Of a DNA stretch of 64,000 nucleotides, positions 55,955 to 64,000 are shown one piece after another; position 1 is the first letter of the stretch, and the number at the start of each line of letters is the position of its first letter. Source of the stretch: Bacteroidota bacterium (GTDB lineage: Bacteria > Bacteroidota > Ignavibacteria > 0-14-0-80-59-12); assembly GCA_049973045.1 (NCBI GenBank), contig JBMFJZ010000005.1, positions 71,966-135,965 of the forward strand. Reading direction: 5' to 3'. Both the position numbers and the translations under genes were made by a program. The notes beneath the pieces were generated by a model that was not told where the DNA came from, searched no databases, and was given only the letters and a program-made list of their open reading frames with translations.

Positions 55955-57205
55955 TCAAAATTCAAGTAGCACACCATTTTTGACAACACGCCAGACATGA
56001 TTTCCACCAAATTCATATGGAAGATACAGATAGTTAGGAATATCAAGCAATACCAAATCAGCGCGCTTGCCAAGCTCAATGCTGCCAATAGATTTGCTCA
56101 TACCGAGAGCGGCAGCAGCATTCAATGTGCTCGCAGTGATAACTTCTTCAGGAGTCATCTTCATCTGTGTACAGGCGATTGTCATCATCAATGGCATTGA
56201 AAATGCCATGCACGATCCGGGATTATAGTCTGTTGCGATTGCGACCGCGGCGCCTGCATCGATCAGGGAACGAGCCGGGGCATAGCGGTGCGCAAGAAAA
56301 AAAGATACACCTGGCAGCAGAACGGCTATTGTTTGGCTCTTAGCAAGAGCATCAATTTCCTCCTGAGTGATATGCTCAAGATGATCAACTGATACGGCGT
56401 TGAACTCCACTGCCAGGAACACAGCCCCGGTCGGTGCAAGTTCATCAGCATGAAGCTTAATGCCGAAGTCGAGCTGCGAGGCTCGCTGGAGGATTTTTCG
56501 TGTTTCCTCGGAAGTGAAATAGCCTTCGTCGCAAAATACATCAACGAAGTCAGCAAGCTCTTTTCGAGCGATATATGGCAGCATACGACTGACGATTTCA
56601 TCCACATATCTTTCTCGGCACGGTTGAAATTCCGGTGGAATAGCATGAGCGCCGAGAAAGGTATTCACAATTGTCATCGGATGTTCCATGGTCAGGTCGT
56701 GCGCAACCTGAAGCATCTTCAGTTCATCTTCCTCTGTAAGCCCGTAGCCGCTTTTGATCTCAGCTGTGGTAGTTCCGTATCGAAGCATCGTGTCAAGCCG
56801 TCGGGCAGCAATTGAGCGGAGCGTCTTTCGACTCGCTTGACGGGTCGCTGCCACAGTCCGCAGAATCCCTCCACCTCGTTCAGCAATTTGTTGGTAGGTA
56901 AAGCCCTGGCACCGCAGCGCGAACTCATCTTCCCTGCTCCCAGCGAAGATTAGGTGCGTGTGCGCATCGACAAATCCGGGCATGATAACTTTCCCTGTAG
57001 CATCAAGAACCTCAGGCGCTTCCCCAGAGATGTTAAGCGAGGATGCGTCAGATGAAGTACCAACCCATGCAATCGCTCCATCATCTATGAGCACTGCACC
57101 ATTTTCTATTACTCCGATGTCTCGCATTTCGTGCCCGCGCTTTGCGCGTGCACCGTGCGCATCAACAGTCACAACCTGAGCAGCATTGATGATCAAAAGC
57201 TTCAT
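55955..57205 (-). CDS. hutI: imidazolonepropionase
   Basis: ORF 55955..57256, with the likely start MKLLIINAAQVVT at 57205. Amidohydrolase motifs are PGFVDAHTHLIF, KLHADE and ATDYNPGS. Confidence 0.9.
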   Translation of the reverse strand: MKLLIINAAQVVTVDAHGARAKRGHEMRDIGVIENGAVLIDDGAIAWVGTSSDASSLNISGEAPEVLDATGKVIMPGFVDAHTHLIFAGSREDEFALRCQGFTYQQIAERGGGILRTVAATRQASRKTLRSIAARRLDTMLRYGTTTAEIKSGYGLTEEDELKMLQVAHDLTMEHPMTIVNTFLGAHAIPPEFQPCRERYVDEIVSRMLPYIARKELADFVDVFCDEGYFTSEETRKILQRASQLDFGIKLHADELAPTGAVFLAVEFNAVSVDHLEHITQEEIDALAKSQTIAVLLPGVSFFLAHRYAPARSLIDAGAAVAIATDYNPGSCMAFSMPLMMTIACTQMKMTPEEVITASTLNAAAALGMSKSIGSIELGKRADLVLLDIPNYLYLPYEFGGNHVWRVVKNGVLLEF

Positions 57206-57465
57206 TGAACGCCCCGTATTCACAAAGTCGCCAAAGTCCGCCCCCTGTTTACACACGCGCAGGCTCTGGCAGACTCAAGGGTCAATTTCCACTGTCACTT
57301 CGTTTAATTGCAAAAGCCAAATTTACTTTACACTTGTTCCAGCTTTGTTCTGCATTGGGTCAGAACAGAACAATTTAGTGAATTAATCAGAGATGAGCAA
57401 AAGTGAATTGCGTTAGCTGAATAGCTTCTTCCCCGCCAGCGTTCGCGGGAGGTCACTTCACCATT

Positions 57466-59286
57466 TTAACGCTCGATCATAAATCCTTCCGTTCGCCTGA
57501 AGTTCGGGGTCATCAACGTAATTGTATAAATCCCCGGTTGAAGCCCTGTAACATCCATGCGCACAATATGCTCTCCCTCTGCACGGTATCCGCTTAGAAT
57601 CTCGCGAACGATGTTCCCTTGGCCATCCCGAAGCTCCAGGCGCACAACCGCTGAGGTATCAAGCTGATAGCCAAAGAAAAATTCACTCGCTCCTGTCCAG
57701 AATGGCTTGGAAAGATTGTTCTCAACTTGAAAGAGCGAAGCAATGCGTACAATTGTCGGAATCACTATTGTGACGGTATTGGACAGAGTACTTTCATTTG
57801 CTAAGCGGTCAAGAGCGGTGACGCCATAGGTGTATCGCAGCGCACCGGGTTTACCTAAATCGTCGATGAAGCTTGTCTCGACCCGCGCGGTGATCCACCG
57901 GATATTCGACGGATCATTGATCTGCTGATTCATGCCCCGGAAGCGATACACTACAAAACGCGATGCTGTCTCACCGTCTGAAGCCTGATTAGGCAGTTGC
58001 CAGGAAAGTCGTACATGCGTTCTGTTCTCGACCCGAGCTACAAGATTCATCGGAGGTTGCGGAGCGACGCTATCTTTCCACGGCATCGGTGGAACAAGTG
58101 CAGGAAGCATGTAGCGTTGTGCAACAACACTATCGCCTGCAATATTTCGATAGCGGAAAAAGCAATTACCGAGTGAACCTAAAGCACGACTTGTATCAAT
58201 TATTTCTCCGACTTCCTTCAGTACCTGCGGTCGGTATGTCCCCACGCCAAGATAGACAGCCCGTTTGGACGAATTTTCAATCCAGTCACGGGCAAGCACA
58301 CCGAAGCGAGGGTTACTTTCCAATGTCCAATAAATTTGTGGGATTATGTAATCAAGTCCGCCGGATTCCTTCAGCCACTGCCGCGCATCTTGAAAAGCTT
58401 CTACATATCCTTGCCAGCCTGATGCCCCGGGAAGATTCTTGTAGATGCCAATAGGGGCAGCACCGACCTTCACCCACGGTTTCAGCCGCATAACGCTGTC
58501 ATGAACAGCCCTTACAAATGCAGTCAGATTTTCGCGCCTCCATTGATCAAGAGGTTCTCCACGTCCATAAATGGCGTACGTCAAGCTATCATCAAACTCT
58601 TTCCCGGGATAGCGAAGATAGTCAAAATGTATTGCATCAATATCGTATCGCCGAACCATCTCCAGTACAACATCGACAAGGTAAGACCTTACCTCAGGAA
58701 GTCCCATGTCGAGCCAGTATTCCGGATTTACCACCGCACCCGCACTATTTCGATTTTCCCAGAGGCGAACCCATTCTGGGTGGCGCCGGATAATATGGGG
58801 AGGAGAGGTGCTGACAGGGGGCTGCTTACCATCAGCGACCTTGCACACATTCCACCAGGCATGGAATTCAAGTCCATGCCTATGCGCTTCATCAACAGCA
58901 AACTGTAGTGGGTCGTATCCGGGATCCTTGCCAAGGAAGCCTGTGAGTGAGACTGCCCACGGTTCGTACTGAGATGGGTACATAAGGTCGCCGCGAGCAC
59001 GAACCTGAAAAACAACAGCATTAAAATGCAGTGCAGTTAATGTATCGTAAATGCGCTCAAGTTGCTCTTGCTGCTCGGAAGCGCTTAACGCGCGGTCGGG
59101 CCAATCTGCTCCGTACACCGTAGTAAGCCAAACTGCGCGGAATTCCCGCTTCGGTGAAACATTGATTGCTTCATTTTCAATCTGAGCGCTAACAGAGCTC
59201 AAAAGCAAAACAAGCTCAAAGAAAGAAATAAGGATGAAAAGTCGGGATAGATACTTCTGGGGTAAGAATCTTCGGGGCTCTTCCAT
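57466..59286 (-). CDS. glycoside-hydrolase-like family 10 (DUF187/YngK-like) protein with FN3-like and T9SS-type C-terminal domains
   Basis: 606 aa with a signal peptide and the blocks REFRAVWLTTVYGADWP, HGLEFHAWWN and HPEWV. The C-terminal ~80 aa resemble a secretion-system sorting domain (GIYTITLMTPNF). Confidence 0.7.
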   Translation of the reverse strand: MEEPRRFLPQKYLSRLFILISFFELVLLLSSVSAQIENEAINVSPKREFRAVWLTTVYGADWPDRALSASEQQEQLERIYDTLTALHFNAVVFQVRARGDLMYPSQYEPWAVSLTGFLGKDPGYDPLQFAVDEAHRHGLEFHAWWNVCKVADGKQPPVSTSPPHIIRRHPEWVRLWENRNSAGAVVNPEYWLDMGLPEVRSYLVDVVLEMVRRYDIDAIHFDYLRYPGKEFDDSLTYAIYGRGEPLDQWRRENLTAFVRAVHDSVMRLKPWVKVGAAPIGIYKNLPGASGWQGYVEAFQDARQWLKESGGLDYIIPQIYWTLESNPRFGVLARDWIENSSKRAVYLGVGTYRPQVLKEVGEIIDTSRALGSLGNCFFRYRNIAGDSVVAQRYMLPALVPPMPWKDSVAPQPPMNLVARVENRTHVRLSWQLPNQASDGETASRFVVYRFRGMNQQINDPSNIRWITARVETSFIDDLGKPGALRYTYGVTALDRLANESTLSNTVTIVIPTIVRIASLFQVENNLSKPFWTGASEFFFGYQLDTSAVVRLELRDGQGNIVREILSGYRAEGEHIVRMDVTGLQPGIYTITLMTPNFRRTEGFMIER

Positions 59287-59304
59287 TGCACTTCACGGCA
59301 GCAG

Positions 59305-60405
59305 TTAGGTGTGAATGAATTGAGCTCGAAGAAATTCGATGCTTGCACGAATTTCATCCATCCCAACATCCGAAACAACTTCAACCGCTCCAACACTTCG
59401 GGGGAGAACAAACGTTAGGGCACCACCTCGAACTTTCTTATCCAATCGCAAAGGCTTTAAGATATTCCGCATATGGATATGTGAAAGATCAATCTTCAAT
59501 GAAAGTCGAGATACGAGATTAACTAATCGGTCGAGCAGCGAACCATCCGTAAGACCTCTTTGGACCGCCAGATAGGTTTCGCCCAGCATCCCAATAAGAA
59601 CTGCTTCACCGTGTCGCATCCTTGAGTACCGCGTTGCAGCTTCAAGTCCATGAGCAACGGTATGCCCGAAGTTCAATACCATTCGGCGCCCTGCTTCCCG
59701 TTCATCAGCAGCAACAACCTCCGCTTTTATAGCAACGCACCGAGGGATAAGCCATGCCAATGCCTCCAGTGACGACGCAAGGATCGCATCAAGCTGAGTC
59801 TCCACAAAATCAAGAATAGTTTCACTGGCAATGATCCCATACTTGACGACTTCTCCCAAGCCGCTGATGATTTCGCGCCTTGACAAAGTTGTTAAGGTTG
59901 CGAGATTGGCAAAGACGAATTGCGGCTGATAGAAAGCTCCGATGAGATTTTTCCCAAGCCTGTGGTCGATGCCAACTTTCCCCCCTACTGAACTATCGAC
60001 TTGTGCGAGCAACGTTGTGGGGACTTGAACATATGGCAGACCGCGCATATATGTTGCAGCTACAAATCCAGCTAAGTCGCCTATGACACCTCCTCCAAGT
60101 GCTACAACAAAGGAATCGCGCCCGATGCCTTTTCGGAGCATAGAGGTAACAACATTACTGTAGCGGCGCAGCGATTTTTGGCTTTCACCAGGAGGTATGA
60201 TGATAGTCTCAACCTGAATATTATGATCCTTCAAGGCATTGCGAACAGGGAGGAGATATTTTCCTGCGACGTTACTATCTGAAATAACAACCGCAGTAAG
60301 GGGCAATTTTGCACTTCTTGCCATCTCGCCAAGCGATGCAAATCCCTCGCTGACAACAAAAACTGGGTAGCTTCGCTCGCCAAGCTGCACAAGAACACGT
60401 TCCAT
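59305..60405 (-). CDS. aroB: 3-dehydroquinate synthase
   Basis: 366 aa with ALGGGVIGDLAGFVAATYMRG and DSSVGGKVGI, plus metal ligands in LNFGHTVAHGLE. Confidence 0.92.
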   Translation of the reverse strand: MERVLVQLGERSYPVFVVSEGFASLGEMARSAKLPLTAVVISDSNVAGKYLLPVRNALKDHNIQVETIIIPPGESQKSLRRYSNVVTSMLRKGIGRDSFVVALGGGVIGDLAGFVAATYMRGLPYVQVPTTLLAQVDSSVGGKVGIDHRLGKNLIGAFYQPQFVFANLATLTTLSRREIISGLGEVVKYGIIASETILDFVETQLDAILASSLEALAWLIPRCVAIKAEVVAADEREAGRRMVLNFGHTVAHGLEAATRYSRMRHGEAVLIGMLGETYLAVQRGLTDGSLLDRLVNLVSRLSLKIDLSHIHMRNILKPLRLDKKVRGGALTFVLPRSVGAVEVVSDVGMDEIRASIEFLRAQFIHT

Positions 60406-60407
60406 GG

Positions 60408-60956
60408 TTATTCCACAAGACGTCGTAGCTTTCGAGCAATCTCATCCACCGTAATCCCGACCTTTTTCCCATCGGTGGAAACAACAACATCAGCCTGCTT
60501 ATAGAAAACCTCTCGTAATGCAAGAGTAGATTGAATCTTAGACATCAACTCGCGATCTGAAAGCGGTCGCCCATCGGGATGACGAAGAAGAGGCCTATCC
60601 AATCTGTACCTCATGCGTCGGAAAATTTGCTGTGGACTGCTCTTGAGATAGACAAGCACCCCTGTTGATTTGATGGTCTCTAAGTTCTCGATCTTTGTTA
60701 TTGTTCCACCCCCAAGTGAGATCACAGTTGAGCTTTTCTGTTTTAATTCTTCAATCACCGCCTTTTCTAATTCCCGGAAATACCCTTCACCATTTTCCGC
60801 AAAAATATCGGACACGGTTCTCTGTTCCCGTTCCTCAATATGTTTGTCCAGATCAATAAAATCGTATCCAAGTACGTTTGCCAGAATGGGACCGATTGTA
60901 CTTTTACCACTTCCCATAAAACCTGTAAGGTAAACAAGCGATTTACGTTTACTCAT
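60408..60956 (-). CDS. aroK: shikimate kinase
   Basis: 182 aa with P-loop LTGFMGSGKSTIG and the blocks DLD, FRELE and ISLGGG. Confidence 0.9.
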   Translation of the reverse strand: MSKRKSLVYLTGFMGSGKSTIGPILANVLGYDFIDLDKHIEEREQRTVSDIFAENGEGYFRELEKAVIEELKQKSSTVISLGGGTITKIENLETIKSTGVLVYLKSSPQQIFRRMRYRLDRPLLRHPDGRPLSDRELMSKIQSTLALREVFYKQADVVVSTDGKKVGITVDEIARKLRRLVE

Positions 60957-61890
60957 GTTTCACCCACACTGAAACAAGTCGTTTAAGTCGTGACTCACCG
61001 ACAGTCGTGAAGTTCATGAATGCCAAACCAAGGAGAACAAGAGCGCTACCGCCAATATCTGAGGGGGTAACTCGCTCTTTCAACCAGATCGCACCCACAA
61101 ATAGAGAAATTACAGGTACAAGGAATGCGACCATCGAAAGTCGAACTGCATCAATACGTTTCAATAGCCACGTGTATGCAACAAATCCAAATGCTGAGGC
61201 AAGGACACCGAGGTAAAGCGCCACTGCAAGTGCCTCAAGAGAGACGAGAATCTGTGGTCGGGGATCAAATAAAAAGCTCAGGACCAACAGCGCAATCCCC
61301 CCAACAAGATCCATAGCAGCAACAAGGACAAGTGAGTTAATGCGTGCACCAAATCGTTTTGCCAAGACTTGAGCAAATCCAACACTCGCTGCGCTTAAAA
61401 CCATTGCGCCGTCGCCTAAAGTAGTTGAATAGCGCCCCTTGCTTACGAATTGATCAGAAAAAATTATTGTGATACCAAGGAACCCAACAAACAGAGCAAG
61501 TGCTTTGCCCAACGTTGCCTGTTCAGTGCGAAAGAATACCCATGCAAAAAGTGCGATGAAGAACGGATTCGTCCCGTTAAGCACTGCAGCAACACCAGAT
61601 GTCGTAAACTGAATGCCCCAGAAAACCAAGGCATAAGGGATCATGATCCAGAAAAGGCCTAACATACAGAGAAAAAGGAGCGTACGAGGTTCCCGGGGCA
61701 TTTTGATACGTTGCCAGCGGGTTAAAGGCAAAAGGACGAGCACCGCTATGAGATTGCGAACTGAAGCAAGCATAAATGGAGTAAAACTCCTCAAGCCAAC
61801 CACATAAAGGGGCCACGTAAACCCCCATATAAGAGTCATCGAAAGAAATAAAACGAGAGCCAGCCCTCGGTCGATTTGCTGCGGTTTCAT
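60949..61890 (-). CDS. DMT-superfamily (EamA-like) transporter
   Basis: 313 aa with ~10 predicted TM helices in two EamA-like halves. Confidence 0.75.
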   Translation of the reverse strand: MKPQQIDRGLALVLFLSMTLIWGFTWPLYVVGLRSFTPFMLASVRNLIAVLVLLPLTRWQRIKMPREPRTLLFLCMLGLFWIMIPYALVFWGIQFTTSGVAAVLNGTNPFFIALFAWVFFRTEQATLGKALALFVGFLGITIIFSDQFVSKGRYSTTLGDGAMVLSAASVGFAQVLAKRFGARINSLVLVAAMDLVGGIALLVLSFLFDPRPQILVSLEALAVALYLGVLASAFGFVAYTWLLKRIDAVRLSMVAFLVPVISLFVGAIWLKERVTPSDIGGSALVLLGLAFMNFTTVGESRLKRLVSVWVKHE

Positions 61891-62020
61891 ACCTTAAATC
61901 GTCGCTGAAACTTAGTAAAGTTCACACCTGCTTGCAAATGACACGTCGCACGACTCCTCCTTTATTTCAGCGGAACTGAGCGTATTCGGCTATTAACAAA
62001 AAACAATACTCCCATCGCCT

Positions 62021-62683
62021 TTAGAGAGCGAACCCTCCATACAGATTAAATGTGATTCCATCGATATTGATTCTGCCTCGAACGGGATAAGCACCGTATC
62101 TAGGAGACCTGTTCGTCGTATCGAACTGAGGATCGCGGAATTTCATTTCTCCACGAAGGAAAAAATGTTCCGTCAGAAAATAGTCCATCCCTCCAACAAC
62201 ATGGATACCATAGGCTTTGCTGACTGATATCGATTCAGATTGTCCGTAAATGCGCCACCCAAGGTAGAAACCGACACCCCCTCCCATGAACAAACGTATT
62301 CGTTCATTTCGAATTGGAATCTGGAAATAAGTTGTCAGCTCAATTGGAGAAAACTTAAAGCCCTCGCGTAGACGAGTTAACGGGGAACGCTCAGCAGTCT
62401 TCTCCATGTACTCAGCGGAAACGCCGAACGTCACATTGTATCCTGGTAAGTGATACTGAAGAGATGCTCCGATGCCCAAAATGCTGTTCAGCGTGAGGTA
62501 CTGCGAACGGACATCTTCATCCGGTGCATCTGGAGATGGAAACAACTTTGCAGACGTTGTGTAACTTCCATTGACCAGTATATTGAGTCGAGACACAGCC
62601 TGGTCATACTGTGCCTGTGCTGGGACGGTCAGGATAAAAATGGCGCTATGGAGCGCCAGAGAACAAATCCATTTCCTTTGCAT
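62021..62683 (-). CDS. small outer-membrane beta-barrel protein (OmpW/porin-like)
   Basis: 220 aa with signal peptide ..LTVPAQAQ and an alternating beta pattern. Confidence 0.5.
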   Translation of the reverse strand: MQRKWICSLALHSAIFILTVPAQAQYDQAVSRLNILVNGSYTTSAKLFPSPDAPDEDVRSQYLTLNSILGIGASLQYHLPGYNVTFGVSAEYMEKTAERSPLTRLREGFKFSPIELTTYFQIPIRNERIRLFMGGGVGFYLGWRIYGQSESISVSKAYGIHVVGGMDYFLTEHFFLRGEMKFRDPQFDTTNRSPRYGAYPVRGRINIDGITFNLYGGFAL

Positions 62684-62693
62684 AGTTCATCCG

Positions 62694-64000
62694 TCATTCC
62701 CGGAAGAACTTGTCGCGATTATCGATGATGTTTGCCTTCTCCTTTACGTTATCAAGCCACGCATTGAGGAACGTAGCCTTAGCTGACTGAAGGAGCTGTT
62801 CACGAAGCATATTGCTCTGGGAAGCATAGGCAGAGCTATCATATGGCGTCCGCATGAGAAGTTTTACAAGGTAATATCCGCGGTCACCTCGAATTGGATT
62901 CGGGACAACGTTTAACGGAATGACCATCAACGAGCCAACGAAGCGTTCATCGCGACCGGGAACGCCTTCGACAGCAGAAAGTGGGGTGATAACTCCGGTG
63001 CTATCTAATCGGAGCCGGGGGTCAATTGTTGGCACAAGGGCAAGTTCATTTGAAGTCCCAAGCTGCCCTCTGAGCTCCTCAGCATACTTTTTGGTCTTCG
63101 CCATTTTCTTTTCGAAAATGACCGCTGACTTCACTTGGTCTTTTACTTCTGAATATGGCTTAACGCCAGCCTCTTTTGCCTCCGAGATTTCACAAACGAC
63201 ATAGGCATTACGGATAGTAAAGGGATCGCTGATCTTCCCCGGTTTTCCACCGAATGCAAATCGCGAGATCTCCGGTTCAAGTCCGATTCCAGGAATAATT
63301 CCCTTCTCAGTAAATGGGGGAGTCTCTCTCACCTGATAGCCGAGCGATTTCGCAGCCTTATCAAAACCATCCTGCCGAGCGACGTAGGCAAAATCTGATG
63401 CACGCTGCGAAATATCCTGACGTGTTTGGCTGCTCATCATCACACGAAGGACAATATCAGCAAGCCTGTATTCCGTACGACTCCTTCCTGTCACTTTGAT
63501 TATGTGAAAACCGAATGGCGTCTCGACAGGTCCAATGATTTCCCCGATGCGTCCTTTGAATGCCGCTTCTTCAAAAGCTTTCACCATCCTTCCTTTCCCA
63601 AACCATCCAAGATTGCCTCCTCGCTGGGCTGAACCGGGGTCCTGCGAATACTTACGCGCTAATTCCGAGAATTCCATGCCGCGGCGTGCCTCTGCAGCAA
63701 TCTCACGCGCCCGCTGCTTCACTGCAGCACTGTCGGAACCACTAGGCCTGAGGAGAATGTGACTTGCTTGAATGAACTCTTCTTTTCCTTGCCGCTCACC
63801 AAGGACTTTTATCACGTGAACACCATCATAATCAAGGATAGGACCGAGAACAGCCCCCACAGATGCAGTGGCAACGCTGTCCTGCTTCGCTGTACTGATC
63901 GAGCCAAGATTGAACCAGAGAGTATCGGTAACAGGCGTCTCTGAATATTCTTTCGCTAGTTCAAGAAAATCTCCACCTGAGTTTACTCGTGCGATAATAT
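62694..64000 (-). CDS. PpiD/SurA-like parvulin peptidyl-prolyl isomerase (N-terminus beyond right edge)
   Basis: The track ORF begins at 63860, but the frame stays open to the window end (hand translation IIARVNSGGDFLELAKEYSE..LGSISTAK..). There are two parvulin-like blocks (ASHILL..FSELARKYSQDPGSAQRGGNLGWFGKGRMVKAFEEAAF). Confidence 0.8.
   Translation of the reverse strand, partial: IIARVNSGGDFLELAKEYSETPVTDTLWFNLGSISTAKQDSVATASVGAVLGPILDYDGVHVIKVLGERQGKEEFIQASHILLRPSGSDSAAVKQRAREIAAEARRGMEFSELARKYSQDPGSAQRGGNLGWFGKGRMVKAFEEAAFKGRIGEIIGPVETPFGFHIIKVTGRSRTEYRLADIVLRVMMSSQTRQDISQRASDFAYVARQDGFDKAAKSLGYQVRETPPFTEKGIIPGIGLEPEISRFAFGGKPGKISDPFTIRNAYVVCEISEAKEAGVKPYSEVKDQVKSAVIFEKKMAKTKKYAEELRGQLGTSNELALVPTIDPRLRLDSTGVITPLSAVEGVPGRDERFVGSLMVIPLNVVPNPIRGDRGYYLVKLLMRTPYDSSAYASQSNMLREQLLQSAKATFLNAWLDNVKEKANIIDNRDKFFRE

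Overview
Chromosomal window from a diderm bacterium. The Kdo/Lpt genes, BamA-like OMP, tricorn protease, GlnRS and a T9SS-like C-terminal sorting domain suggest an FCB-group organism (Ignavibacteria/Chlorobi/Bacteroidota-like); this is inference only. About 49 kb is dense, ordinary housekeeping DNA: dNK-folK-folB, glnS, gltX, Pit/DUF47, a PNAG-like exopolysaccharide locus (OM barrel, GT2 synthase, 1328-aa deacetylase/hydrolase-like fusion, wecB), tricorn protease, one HEPN/MNT pair, rlmI, kdsA-kdsC-kdsD-lptC-lptA-lptB, DAHP synthase-tyrA, coaD-rsmD, a PilM-like gene, comEA and hrcA-grpE-dnaJ. To the right come gcvPB, a CoA-binding protein, a BamA-like OMP, rsmE, hutI-ftcD-fchA, a GHL10-like hydrolase, aroB-aroK, an EamA transporter, an OMP and a PpiD/SurA-like PPIase. 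Between tRNA-Asn (34617..34688) and gcvPB (50135) lies a ~15.4-kb accessory island that looks clearly AT-richer by eye (not computed). All its genes are on the minus strand and it has no integrase. It contains (i) a RAYT/IS200-like Y1 transposase gene with an internal GTAG-headed palindrome. (ii) Decayed cassettes: a frameshifted gene, a truncated DUF2851-like ORF, and three copies of the same methyltransferase 3' end. (iii) A DUF5131 (Gp37/Gp68, three-Cys) + TcmP pair of unknown function. (iv) Two HEPN/MNT-type pairs. (v) A tightly packed seven-gene operon: PLD-SNF2 helicase, MntA, HepT, a 1275-aa PglX/Eco57I-like N6-adenine methyltransferase, a TIGR02391 protein, an HTH-ImmA/IrrE peptidase and a DUF4411 PIN-like protein. 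The most unusual observation is a complete IS200/IS605-type Y1 (HUH) transposase domain, plus several GC-rich palindromic mini-insertions, sitting in-frame inside the methyltransferase gene. No rRNA, CRISPR array or prophage structural genes were seen. All family calls come from motif recognition by eye and memory; no searches were run.
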